Of a DNA stretch of 64,000 bases, positions 1-11,138 are shown piece after piece. This stretch comes from Blastocladiella emersonii ATCC 22665 (taxonomy: Eukaryota > Fungi > Blastocladiomycota). Where the stretch lies: NCBI GenBank assembly GCA_025594325.1, contig JANHCV010000011.1, positions 124,001 to 188,000 of the forward strand, in the 5' to 3' direction. The notes below the pieces were generated by a model that saw only the letters and a program-made list of their open reading frames with translations, searched no databases and was not told the DNA's origin. Within the stretch, counting starts at the first letter, position 1. Every line of letters begins with the position of its first letter. Made by a program: the position numbers and the translations under genes.

Positions 1-659
1 GAGACCCGGGCCAACAACACGTGCAAGACTGCTTGGGAGCTTGAAGCTCGGCGGTGCCTGCACGCAGCGCGAGTCGCGCCAAGAACGCAAAGGAGAAGAA
101 CCGTACCGTGTGGACTTGAGCGCGTTGTGAGCGAGTCAATGCGAAGGGCAACGGCGCAACCCTTGTCACTGCGACATGGCGTACTCGGCGCGCTAGTCAT
201 GGTGTCAGCAAACATGTTAGTCTTGGCTTGTGAGGGCCGAGTTGCACACCGCGTACCATGTCGCGATCTTGGTCAGTATTGACGCAAACACGTTGCCGCG
301 GACCCCCACAAGCGCTGCTTCAGCTTGAGGTGCTTTTTGAAGGCTAGAAAGCAGGGCAAAGCGGTCGTGGCGTGGGGCACGTCAGTGAGCGAACGGACAG
401 CTGGCGCTGAAGGCGTGGGAATGCGGCGTGACCCTTGAGAGCGGCGGGCGCAAGTCCTGTCAACGTGTGCAGGGCGTGTTGGCGGAGTTGAGGTGTGACT
501 GTGGATGCACATCGCAAGGGAGTACAAGGTGCGGAGAAGGCGAGAGACGCGTACCGTGGAAGTCACCGAGCGGCGCGGGCCCATGGCGGCGTTGGTTGGA
601 TGCGATGAGGTACATGGAGGCTAAGGGGTGATAGTGCAGGCGGTTGCGCTAGGTCGCAA
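1..659 (-). pseudogene. Decayed, inverted copy of the multi-exon gene inside TIR element E3; runs off the left edge
   Basis: The reverse complement of 1-659 aligns by eye with 58367-59037. Example: GTGGAAGTCACCGAGCGGCGCGGGCCCATGGCGGCG at 555-590 matches the complement of 58443-58478. The GACTAAC branch-site intron is retained. Many differences are CpG to TpG/CpA. Confidence 0.85.
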
Positions 660-753
660 ATTACTTCTGAGAGGATCACCGCCGGCCTCGCCTATCTGAC
701 GTTCTAGCCGGACCACTGACTCGCCCAGCCTACTCACCTACTGCTGAGACAAA

Positions 754-777
754 GTGTGCAACGCACACACCCCCTAG
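754..777 (+). other. Possible Helitron 3' terminus (hairpin plus CTAG)
   Basis: GTGTGC-AAC-GCACAC stem-loop (754-768), then CTAG (774-777) followed by T. No matching 5' TC end was found. Confidence 0.3.
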
Positions 778-967
778 TGCTGTGTTGGTGAAGCATTGCA
801 GGTCAAGTCCCTGCCTGCAACGTTTGTCACTGCTCTATTGAGTGACGGAGCTGAAACACCTCAATAAATTGAAAAGAAATGCCAATATTTAGCTGGCTAA
901 ACATCAGAGAGTGTGAAAAGCAATCGTTCCAAATGCAAACAACACGCTATAAACTGAATAAAATGTC

Positions 968-1039
968 AGGTCCTACTGAGATTCGAACTCAGGTTACCAG
1001 ATTCAGAGTCTGGTGTGATGACCGCTACACTATAGGACC
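968..1039 (-). tRNA. tRNA-Gln, anticodon CTG, intronless
   Basis: Minus strand reads GGTCCTATAGTGTAGCGGTCATCACACCAGACTCTGAATCTGGTAACCTGAGTTCGAATCTCAGTAGGACCT. Acceptor stem GGTCCTA/TAGGACC, anticodon stem CCAGA/TCTGG with loop CT-CTG-AA, T-arm CTGAG-TTCGAAT-CTCAG. A T4 Pol III terminator lies at 960-963. Confidence 0.96.
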
Positions 1040-1295
1040 TCTGTTTAAATGCGTGAACTGCTGAAGCTAAGCTGCCCGGAACATGGACTCGGCTCAACCC
1101 AGACTCCAGTCATGAATCATCGCCGAGTGGAAAGCGCCTTGTTTGACTAGGCTCACTGGGATCTCACATTAAAATCACCGCTAATCCCTCTATTTGGCCG
1201 CCTGCTCAGAAAAAAGCCTGAGCACCACTGCTCCACTGCTTGCACGCACCTTGCGTTCACCTCTCCGTTCACTTTCCTCGGCCCAGCTGCCACAA

Positions 1296-1340
1296 AAATA
1301 TAAATATAAATATAAATATAAATATAAATATAAATATAAA
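1296..1340. repeat. (AAATAT)7 microsatellite
   Basis: Perfect hexamer array; the KYKYKY in ORF 1194..1517 is an artefact of it. Confidence 0.95.
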
Positions 1341-2339
1341 CGCAGCTCTACGCAGCAAAGTACAATAAAATGTATTGACCCAACTGGACCAGCGCTCCCT
1401 TGGCACCTTGAACAAAGGTCGCCGTCCGCTTGTACAGGCGTCAGCTGTGCAGCGACGGTCCTAAACTACAACAGGGTCGCGTCCGCATGGATGGAGATGA
1501 TGTCAGGCGAAAGGTAACGCGGACTAGAGATATGCAAATGGGAAGTACTTACTCCCACGCCTATGTGAGGGCTGCTGTGTACACGCTTGCACTCCCCTGC
1601 GCTTTGCCCGCTCCCCCGCGTCCGTCAGACCGCGCAGCACTCTTTCGAACACCAAAGCAATGATTAACGTTGCTACCTACAGCACCGCTACGTTTACTCT
1701 TAAAAGCGGAACGCGCGCCACGGCCCTTATCATTCCATTGATGATACGCCTGATGCGTCCTCCAAGCTCAAGGAGGTCAGCGTCCCTGGCAAAGACAGCG
1801 CGCTACGACGTCCATAAACGACGTATATCGTTGTTGCGTCCAGCACAGCTGAAAGGCAGTTTGCGCCCTGCGTAATACTGTCAGTGCTGAGAAGCGTTAA
1901 GGCAAACCGCCAACTGCGTGGTTCATGCGAGCCCTGACCACAAAACAACCGCATACACACTCACTACCTCGGCTGTTTAGGCCTCAAAGTAGCGATAAAA
2001 GATCATGATAGAAGCGCGCTTGTCCATTCTGGCGGGGAGGTGAAGAATGGGAACAAGACTGAGCGCAATGTCCGTATCTGAGCTGAACACGCTCTATCCG
2101 CTGATGCAAGTGCTGATAGCAACAAAACCGAGTATATGAAGGTGATAAAAGGCATACTGAGGCATATTGTAGCTTGAGCGCTTCTGTTGGGTCGCAGCGA
2201 GCGTTCTCAGTGAGTGTGAGAATAAAATAGGGCAGTGACGTTTGGGTTACGGTTCTGATCAGAACAGGCTGGAGCGGAACGAGCTTGTTCTGGCGGTTTG
2301 TTGTGATGTGGCGTCAGAACGCTTTTTTGGACCAAACGG

Positions 2340-2815
2340 GCCCTGACATTGAAGGACAATGAGAGCCTGCTGTAAGCGAAGTTGTTGAGCCCTCGTACTG
2401 GGCGTGCTGTCATGTTAGCTCCTTGGCAAGTGCGCATGGGATGGTCGCTCAACCAACGAAAAACACCCACGGCACTGAACTGGTACGCTTCAAACCTTCT
2501 GGACTTGAATCGAGTGCATAGGTTTTGTTTTAGTTGGCGCAATTGAGCAAATGGAACGCGTGATGGGCCACTTTGGAGAGCTGCGAAGGATGTTATTTCT
2601 TCGCTCAACTATGGGGTCATAGAGGGGCTGCGCTTGAGTTGCTGCTACGAGCACATGTAGCCCATCGTAATTGAGCTCCACTATCTGCCACATGGCGGCG
2701 CTCTTAGAGCCGCCATGCTACTTGTTTGCTGCCAGCTTCACGATAGATAGAGCCATGAATCAGCGCGCGCAACGTATTGCTCATTGCTCAAAGGCAGGTC
2801 TCCAACCCACATTGA
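2340..2815 (-). pseudogene. Decayed homolog of the minus-strand gene inside TIR element E2
   Basis: WQIVELNYDGLHVL matches WQIVKLDHGVLHVL. LKRTSSVPWVFFVG*ATIPCALAKELT*QHAQYEGS matches LQRAGSAPWTCFTGWATVPRALAEALNCEQAKYQGS (about 14580-15035). DNA similarity continues to GGTCTCC at about 2810 and 15030. Confidence 0.72.
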
Positions 2816-3040
2816 TCCTCTTTGCTCACACTTGAGTGAGTGCGCTGGCCAGACGGACGGATAATACCATGCAATATTTAGACAGCCAAAACAAGGACAA
2901 AAAAATATACAACAGAAAAAAGAAAGAGAAAAATATAAATTCAAATTCAAATAAATAAGAAAAAAATAATTTAGGTAAAAATATGCCATGCCAGATCTGG
3001 TGGATTCGCGACTCAATAACCCAACCACGTGCTTTACAGC

Positions 3041-3117
3041 GGCTGTAGGGGGAATCGAACCCCCATCATCCACTTAAGCACAGTACTCAGGCGCCTACGC
3101 ACCAGTTGGCACGCTGC
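3041..3117 (-). pseudogene. tRNA-like remnant (tRNA pseudogene or tRNA-derived repeat head)
   Basis: Perfect T-arm/B-box GGGGG-TTCGATT-CCCCC (3048-3064) and an A-box-like GTGCCAACTGG upstream. The acceptor and anticodon stems do not pair canonically. Confidence 0.35.
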
Positions 3118-3119
3118 TG

Positions 3120-3545
3120 ATAAGGGTCAAATTTTGGAAAGATTCACACGTCCACTTGGAGTACCTCACTCTACCTCAGCGCAAATGGAAACAGGCGACC
3201 TTGGCAGCCTGCAGCCCTTGGACCATTCATCCAGAGGTTTACTGCCAGGTTGCACCATGTTGCTGACCTGGGGGCCCCCTGGTGGCAGCAGATGGCAGTT
3301 GGAGTGGTTCTTGTACAGCTGCTTGGCGGACTCAACCTTCTGCTGCAGCTGGCCCTGGATTGGATGATGAGGATGCAATTGGCAAGCGCTACTGCCAACA
3401 GAATGCAAGCCAACCACACTGGCACAGCTAAGAGGCGTCAGTCAAACTTGTTGTGTTTGGGGCCATGAATGGTGGCAGCACAACACCCCTGTCCAGCGTC
3501 AAGCTGTTGACCAAGTTGCTGATGGCCATCTTGGTGTAAGGTGCC
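3120..3545 (-). mobile_element. Second, more degraded Ty3/gypsy integrase fragment
   Basis: QKVESAKQLYKNHSN resembles KKVERVKQLYKKHAN (ORF 3793..4305). TTGCTGATGGCCATCTTGG at about 3516 resembles TTGTTGATGGCCATCTTGG at about 4404. Confidence 0.6.
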
Positions 3546-3564
3546 AAGGGGGAGGGACTTGCGC

Positions 3565-3716
3565 TGTAACGGAGCGCCCAGGGAGGGCTGAATACACAAT
3601 GACTAGCGAACAAGGATGTATGTGGTTGAACAGCAGGGAGCGAGAACAGAGTGCGAACAAGCGGCGGCTCAACAATCCGAGACATCACGGCGCATGTGCC
3701 AAACGCGCACGTGACA
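3565..3716 (-). mobile_element. 3' LTR of a Ty3/gypsy chromovirus
   Basis: TGTAAC...GTGACA ends. It abuts a polypurine tract (minus strand GGAGGGGAGGGGGGGGGGGATAG, 3717-3739). About 90% identical to 21043-21197. Confidence 0.8.
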
Positions 3717-4722
3717 CTATCCCCCCCCCCCTCCCCTCCTGCGGCGAGGGTTGGGGGCCGACGGGTGTGCAACGTTGAACTTGGCGAGCATCTCAAGGTG
3801 CTTGAGGTTCGCGTACGGCCCCCACGTGTTGTTGGTCTTGGGGCAGCCGTGCCACTTGACCAGGTACTTGACACTGCAACCCAAAGCGCGTCAACAATTG
3901 CCTCGACCGACCACTCCTTGCGCCTGTTGACGATGTACAGCGCCAGCGGCGGCAGCGTGCGGCCCGGGAACGTATCCTTGTCATGCGCAACCACTGGCTT
4001 GATGAGCGAGATGCGGAACACCAGGTGGATGCGCGCCATGGTTGGCGGCAGCTTGAGCTCAACGGCCAACTTGCAGATGAGGCGCACAATCTTGAGCGGC
4101 TCCGTGTACTTCTGCCGAGCTTGGCCTTGGGCACGTCAACGCGCAGGTTCTTGGTGCTCAGCAGCACCATGTCGCCAACCTTGTAGTCAGGGCCCTTGCG
4201 GCGGCGTTGGTTGGCGTGCTTCTTGTACAGCTGCTTGACGCGCTCGACCTTCTTGAGCACCTTGCCCTGGACGTTGGCGATGCGCTTGGCCAGCGTGGCG
4301 GCCAATGGGACCCGATCTGACTAGTCTGTCGCCACTGCCAGCCGCGGGTCAAAGCCATAGTTGACCTTGAACAGCGTCTCACCTGTTTACTTGTTGCACG
4401 CGTTGTTGATGGCCATCTTGGCGTACGGCAGCAGCTCGACCCAGTTCGTCTGGTCTTTGTTGACAAACATGCGCAGGTACACCTCGAGGGTCTGGTTCAT
4501 GCGCTTGGTCTGCCCGTTGGTCTGCAGGTGGTACGCAGTCGAGAGCTTGGCCTTGATCTCGAGCGACTTGCACATGGCCGACCAGAACCGCAACGTGAAC
4601 TGCGACCCGCGGTCCAAAACAATGTCGGTGGGGAGCCCGTGCAGCCGCACAACGTGCTGGATGAAGGCCTCGGCGGTTGTGGCGGCCGTTGGGATCACGG
4701 CGAGTGGGATGAAGTGTGTCAT
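3717..4722 (-). mobile_element. Ty3/gypsy integrase core, GPY/F region and chromodomain (frameshifted)
   Basis: MTHFIP...VRLHGLPTDIVLDRGSQF...STAYHLQTNGQTKRMNQTLEVYLR; KVGDMVLLSTKNL; RIHLVFRISLIKP; chromodomain EWSVEAIVD...YLVKWHGCPKTNNTW. Confidence 0.92.
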
Positions 4723-6928
4723 CAAAATACCATTAGGCACGCCCTCAAATTCGTTGCGGGCCCCGGTTGGCCGTCCACCCCTCCCATTGGCTGCGAGTCA
4801 GCTGATCATGGCATCACCCTGGCCAGCCAACCGATTTTTTTCTCCCCACCTCCAGCACCCTCCCCTTCTCGCTTGCGACTCCCTCTCTCTCCCCCCAACG
4901 TCGTTCCCCGTATACACCATCAGCTTAAGAACATGCATCTGCGAGAGCCACCGCCGCTCCCCGCCGCTGATCTGGGCCACCTGGCCAGCGCGCCCCCGCT
5001 GCGCGCGCTGCTCCCACCGCCAACGACTCGGCCCCTGCAACTCGCTCCCCCTCTTCGCCATCCCCCTTCCCTTATGCTCCTCTGGACTACGACACTCGAC
5101 CCTCGACTTTGTGCATCCCCAAGTTGGCTCTCGCGCGCAGCGCGCCTGCCGCTGCAGCCGCCGCTTCGCTCGCTTGCGCTTCGCCCTCCCTTGACGCTGT
5201 GCACCTCCTCTCTCTCAATCCTTTGCACGTCGGCACCTCCCTCTCAGCATCTGCCTGCGTCTGCTCCCGTATATACAGCGTCTCCGTCTCCCGCAGCGTG
5301 TTGGCCCACGTACTCCTCGCCAACATTGTTGCACTCTCCAACTGTGCTCTCCTCTTCCGCCAAGTACGTTTGCCTGCGGCCTTGGGCTCAGGGTCGCGTG
5401 CTCACGCTTCTTACCACATGTCTAGCTTTGATGCTCCGCTTCCTTCTGGTATGAGTCAAACGATCTGTGGCGGCAGTGAACGTCGCCTGTCCGCTGGCCG
5501 ACCCAAACCCGTTGCCATCCATCCTCATGTGGACCCGCTGGCACCGGCGTCTACCCCAATCCAGTCGTCGGAGCCCATCGTCGACCCCACTTCGTCTTCC
5601 ACGCCGCTGTCAGTCGCGGGCTCGCCCGCGTGCTGCTCCCCAAGACGCCCGCTCCCGCGCCCTCTGTCCACCCCGAGGTGCTGCCGCTGCCCGAGTCGCC
5701 CCCGTCACCGCTTTACTTTCCCGACGTGCCGCCGCCTGAGATCCCCCTGTCGCCCATCATTCTCCCCGACCTGCCGCCGCTAGATCCCCTTGCGCCGATC
5801 CCGGACGTTGTGTAGGCCGCCCTCAACGCGCGCCCAATCCGTTTCGCGTGGAAGCGGTGCAAAAACTGCACGTCCCCGCTGCTGCACCGCGTCCGCGCCA
5901 ACACCAAGATCCGCGCCAACAGCTCCATGACCATCAACCAGAAGTCAGTCAAGCCCGACTCCATGTGCTGCGGCAAGGACGGCGACGTGCGCGCCTTCTT
6001 TGTGGATCAGGGCATTGTGCCCAACTGCCCGCCTGCGCTCCTCGAGCTCATTGCCCGCAAGGCGGACCTGCGTTGATTTGTGCGCGCCTACAACTCGCAG
6101 CTCGCCATGACCGCCGTGCTCACGCCGCCAGGCGCCTGCACCAACACGTGCGACGTCCACAACTCGCGCCTCAGCTTCTCAATGCTGCGCAGCGCAACGT
6201 GGCCACGTCGCGCTCCGACCGCCTTCTCCAAGAGCGCGTCGCCAGCGGCGACCTCGCCGCAGGCGGCCCTGATGCTACTTCATTGTGCTCTGTAGCTGCG
6301 GGCGATACAACGGACGCCGCGCTGGGTGAGAGCTTCTTTGCCAACGGACTTACGCCGCTGCTGTTCCCGTTTGGTCAGCTCGGCTGGTCGCTGGAGCTCG
6401 TGAACAGGTACCGGTACGCTGTCTTCCTCGCCTGCCGCATTGTGAACCGTGCGGTTGATGCTGCGCGTACCGGGTCTGAGCCACCGCCGCGTCCGTTGCC
6501 TCAACGCGACCCTGCCCCAACTGCCGCTGCGACGCTCCTCCTTTTGTGATGGCTGTGGTTGCCCTGACAACATGATCCCACTACGGCGTTGACGGTACAC
6601 TGTGTGTGACACCAAATTGACGTCATCCGGCGTTCCCTGTGTGCCTCGATGCCTCATAGCTACTGTTTGTGCTTCCCAAGTCTCTCATAGCGCGCTGGCT
6701 GTGTGACGTGTTGCTACTTTATGACCGGTTCCCAAGTGTCTTGCGCTCACGCGTTCAGCCACTCAGATGACTGCGGTTCCTGTGACACGCCGCTCCTCCA
6801 TGTCCCCAACTAGCCTCCCCCATGTCCCGTTGCTGCTTTCTGCGATTCCAAGTCTCGCCGACTCTCGCAACGCCCAATCTCCCTTCCAGCACCCTCCTGT
6901 TGGGGGCGTCGCGCAGCGCAAAACTTGC
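4723..6928 (+). mobile_element. Helitron-derived 2206-bp insertion that splits the gypsy integrase
   Basis: Removing it joins DRFSK (6929 onward) directly to MTHFIP (4722 down) with no TSD. Subterminal inverted repeat ACGCCCTCAA (4740-4749) / TTGGGGGCGT (6900-6909), then a short CGC-GCA-GCG hairpin near the 3' end. It contains Helitron N-terminal coding remnants. Confidence 0.7.
5815..6450 (+). pseudogene. Helitron N-terminal (Zn-binding / pre-Rep) coding remnant
   Basis: KRCKNC...SMCCGKDGDV...PPALLELI...FVRAYNSQLAMT and LTPLLFPFGQLGW resemble the Helitron C..C/CC..GK, IR.YNS.FA.TS and YPLLFP.G..GW motifs. It has a stop and a frameshift. Confidence 0.65.
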
Positions 6929-7597
6929 CTTGGAGAACCGGTCGACCACGACCATGATGCATGTCATGCCCTTGCTGCGCGGCAGGTCCGTGATGAAGTC
7001 CATGGAGACCAACGACTACGGCCGCAACGGCGTGGGCAGCGGCTGCAGCTCGCTGTCAGATTGATGACACGGCACCTTGGCCCGCGCGCAGGTGAGGCAC
7101 GACTTGACGGACAGGTCGACCTCGCGGCGCATCCTGGGCCACCAGTACGACCGCTCGACCAGGTTGATGGTGCGCGCGACGCCGAAATGCCCCGCGACCC
7201 GCGTCAAGTGCGCCTCCTCAAGCACGTGCGTGCGCGCGACGCCTGCGGGCATGTACAGCTTGGCCTTGCGCCAGATGAACCCGTCGAGGTCGACCTCGAG
7301 CTGCGGGTACTTGGCCTGGTTGCGCCGCACCTTCTGCGCGTACTCGTCGTTGCGCATGCCGTCCAGAATCGCCACGCGGGTCAGGTTGTCGTCCCCCTCC
7401 CCCTTGCTGTTGCCCGCTGACGTGCCCAGCGTGGCGCCGACCGTGAGCGACGTGGCGGGGACGATTGAGCGGCCGAGCATTGGGTTGTTGCGCGCCTCGT
7501 AGTTGGCGCGGCGCAAGAGCGCGTTGGCGCGCCTGTTGATGGCGCCAGGCTGGTACGTGAACCGGAACTCAAACCGCTCAAACGCCCACCGCTGTAG
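6929..7597 (-). mobile_element. Ty3/gypsy pol: end of RNase H, integrase HHCC zinc finger and start of core
   Basis: FRFTYQPGAINRRANAL; EAHLTRVAGHFGVARTINLVERSYWWPRMRREV...SCLTCARAK; SMDFITDLP...VVVDRFSK; internal stop at about 7016. Confidence 0.92.
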
Positions 7598-7695
7598 GGG
7601 GACCAAGGATCGAGAGGTACTGCAAGAGGTCTATTACAGAATCTGCGCGACAAACAACGTGAGCACTGGAGCTCCAAACCGACGCTCCAATTGAC

Positions 7696-7933
7696 TGTTA
7701 CGTGTGATTTGTAGAACAGCAGACGGAGAGAAGGCTTGGTTTGAGGCTCGCGGCCAAGTCGAGGGCTAAAGCCCTCTATTTTTGCCTAGGTGACGCGCCC
7801 AGTAGGAGCGTGACGTGTCTTCCTGGCCCACGTGCGTCACCCACGTGTTCCACGCGTTTCACAGGATAAAACCAACGCGTCCAAGTCTCCCACCACCAAG
7901 CTCTCTCGCCTGCAGTCAATCGTGATAGTAACA
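7696..7933. mobile_element. 238-bp LTR-like segment of a different family
   Basis: Perfect terminal TGTTAC...GTAACA. The flanks (TTGAC / AAAAA) are not a TSD, so it is not a clean solo LTR. Confidence 0.5.
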
Positions 7934-8158
7934 AAAAAAATCAAATATTGTGAATGAGAGGACAGCAACAACAAAAGAGGGAAACGGATGAGGTGGAGAG
8001 AGGAACACAACGTCGTTCAGTTAACTGCAGCCGCCGCCATGGCGGCGGCGCTTGGGGACCGCCTCAAGCTCATCCTCGTTGTTGTCACCGCCCTCCTCGG
8101 CGGGCATGGCGGCCGTGCGCTTGGGCGCGTCAGCAGGAACGGCCTTGGCCGACGCGAC

Positions 8159-8959
8159 CTACCAATCCGTCGTGCCCGCCTCCTTGATGATGGGCGCCGT
8201 GAGCGCGACTGTTGCACTTGAAGTTGATGACAACGACAACGACGCGGCCGACGAGCCGACCAGCGGCCCGGCGGGCTGTATGGCGGTCGAGAGCGTCGAG
8301 GTCGACAACGATGAGGCAACAGTTGCGTCGACCCGCGAAACGGCGGGCTGCATGGCGGTTGAGGACAACGACAACGCGTTGGTGATCTGTGGTGCGGCGG
8401 TCTGCACGGCGGTTGTTGAGGAGGACAACGAGGCAACGCCGTTGTTGAGCTCGCGCAGGATCCCCGCCATGCGCGTTGTGAACTCGGGGTCCAAGTCGCC
8501 CTCCTCGTCAGACACATCAAACACGAACCGCGGCTGGCGCACGGGCGAGGACAGCGTCAGCCCCGACAGCTGCGTGGCTGGGGTTGGCGGGATGGACTCC
8601 TGCGGGCGGGCGCCGTACGGGTTGCTGCGGCCCGCGGGACCGCTGTGATGGTGCGCCGGCGGCGGCAGAACGGCTGCCGACAACAAGCCCGCGGGACCAC
8701 TGTGATGGTGATGGTGGGCCGGCGGCGGGACGGCGGGCGCTGACAACGAAGAGGGGGTCGATGGCGGGTTGAAGGACGCGGCTGTTGACGGCTGCTGCGG
8801 CAGGACGGCGGGCGTCGACAAAGAGGCGGGCGCCGACGACGAGGAAGAGGGGGTGGAGGGCGGGTTGAAGTACAAGGCCGGCGGGGGCATGGCGGGCGCC
8901 GTGGGCGCCAAAGGCGGCGGCGCCAGCGTGGTGATCTGCTGCTGCTGCTGCGGCTGCAC
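8159..8959 (-). pseudogene. Low-complexity Pro/Ser/Ala ORF fragment with internal repeats
   Basis: Repeated units FNPPSTPSS x2, HHSGPAG x2 and S(T)AMQPA/STAIQPA. No ATG start and no recognisable domain. Confidence 0.3.
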
Positions 8960-10502
8960 CTGCGCAATAAAGTCACACGGCGCCCGCCGGGATCTTCTCG
9001 CACAAGTTCGCGCCGCTGCTGCTGTACCAGGCGATGCGATGGCTCGACCTCGCGGGCGTCGCTGCTGGCGAGGTGACCGAGCAGGATGTTGAGTGCATCG
9101 CGAGCACCATCAACGTCAACGGCAAGCCGATGCTCAACGTCGCGCTGCACGACTACGTGTTCCGCCCGCCCAAGCTCGAGAACCTGTCGTGGTACGAGTT
9201 TATCTCCTCGTGGTCGCGCGTCAACATGCCGCCGAAAATGCGCGAGGTCCTCGCCAACGGCGGGCGCGTTGTGCCCGCACAAGCAGAACTCGGACCAGCT
9301 GCCGACATGCCGCCCGGCACGAGGCTGTCCTTCATGGCCGACCACCCGCTGGCCAAGACGCACGAGCTGCGCAAGAACATTGTCGAGGTCGTGCCCAAAA
9401 TCGCCGGCCCGCACATGCCCGACCCGCGCAAGTTTGGCGACGTGCCTGGGTCCAAGGAAAAGTACTCGCGCATGGCGCTGCTACTGCTGCGCCATTTCCG
9501 CGTCTCGAGTGACATTTTCGACGAGAACGGCTTGGCGATCGCCAAGTTCAAGGCGTTCAAGGAGGGCCTCCAACCCGGCGACCCTGCGCTCAACCACCTT
9601 GAGTACGCCCAGGAGTACTACTTCAGTCTCGACGGTGCGCGCGCGTACCGTGAGTGCCGCGATCGCGAGAACGCCGAGCTCTCGGCCAGGCTGTCGCAGG
9701 AGGAGCGCGGCGAGCTGTTCGTTCCAACTGGCGACAGCGACCGCAACGCGTCAAGCTCGCGCGCCAAGGCGACCGCCAATGAGGACCCGACTGCAGAATG
9801 GACCATGTTCACTCAGTCGCAGCAGGATACTGCCCTCGATCCGGTCATTGCTGACAACGCCATGAACGGTGCTGGCGCCGAGGTCGCGCCCACCGTTAGC
9901 GAGCAGAACTTCAAGCTGTATCGACGCGCTGGTCCCTGGTGCTGCTGCAGACCTGGTCGACCACCTGCGCCTCCCTCCAGTGCGCCCGTTCGACGTCAAG
10001 GCGGCCGTCCCACCAACGACGCTCAAGGAGCCCATCTCGGCGAACACGCTGAAGAGGTTCCTGGCGCAGCACCGCAGCGCCGCATCTGCAGCACCGCAGC
10101 GCCGCATCTGCATCGGGAAATGGGGGGTCACCCCGCTGCGGTGGATCACGAAGATCTTCCTAGATCACTGTGATCTACGAAGATCTTAGCCTTGCAGAAA
10201 TCTAGCCCCGCTCGACCAGTCCGGAGTGGTTCCGCTCGCGAAGATCTTGGCACCCAACATAGATCTACGAGTAATCTATCGTGCTCGACCACAAATCTAT
10301 GAAGTAGTCGAGCGCTTGCACTCGCGCAGCGAACGGCTTTGAGACAAAACTCGCGCGACGCGTCCTTGACTGTCAAATCACAACACCAATCATCGCTGCC
10401 TTTGTCCTCCATAGTCGCGTTTGGAATAAATCAAGCAGTTCACTGGACTATCTCTCAGTCGTGCACCAGCTCGTCGCACAGGCGGGTCGGGAGAACCGTG
10501 GT

Positions 10503-10856
10503 TCAAGTGAGCAAACAGGGAGCACCACACATGCAGCGTGACCAACGAAGTGGGAAGGGGAGAGGGCCAGGGGCATCGATTCCCTCGAGGCGGTGTGCAG
10601 GATCGGCGTCAAGGAACGTGAAAATGGAGCTGTTGAAGAGCTGCACAGGCACGACAGGAATCAAGGTTGCGGGTGCCTGCCAGTGTGCCTTCAAGCGGGA
10701 GCGAGGTCGTAAGCGGGCGTAATCACGATGTTGTAGAGCCGCCAACAACCTTGCAGGACGGATCAGCGAGTTCCGGCTCGCGCATCTCACCACGTAGCAG
10801 GTCGGGCAGAGCAGCGACGGCCAGGATCCGCAGCTGTTTCGAGATCGTTTGACCAC
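10503..10856 (-). pseudogene. Weak minus-strand coding remnant inside E1
   Basis: Protein-like stretch VPVQLFNSSIFTFLDADPAHRLEGIDAP; no family recognised. Confidence 0.25.
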
Positions 10857-11138
10857 GGAACCACGCGGCGAGGGAGTTGCAGCGTGTCAGTAATGAGATC
10901 TTCAGACCTGCGTTGTGTATGCTTGACAAGAGGGGAGGAGGCATGGACCAACGCGACGCGGCGAAGCTGTCAAGCGAGGCGGCGGTCAAGCGCACGTGAG
11001 GATAGGCGGCGTTTGTTTTGGGCAAAGTCCTTCGCTCAGTCGCCACTGCCCACCGTCCACCCTTGCCGCCGCCGACTTCCTCTCTCCTCCCCCGCCACCC
11101 GTCCTTCCCCCCAACTCCCCTACGACGCATCCAACTCC

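Noticed and set aside
1194-1517. ORF containing KYKYKY
   Set aside because: It is a translation of the (AAATAT)n microsatellite.
1660-1875. Faint similarity of this ORF (ARYDV) to E2 ORF 15272..15724 (GRCDV)
   Set aside because: Too short to distinguish from chance, and the arrangement differs from E2.
2692-2718. 9-bp inverted repeat CATGGCGGC/GCCGCCATG
   Set aside because: Absent from the homologous E2 sequence. Most likely a local template-switch mutation in a dead copy.
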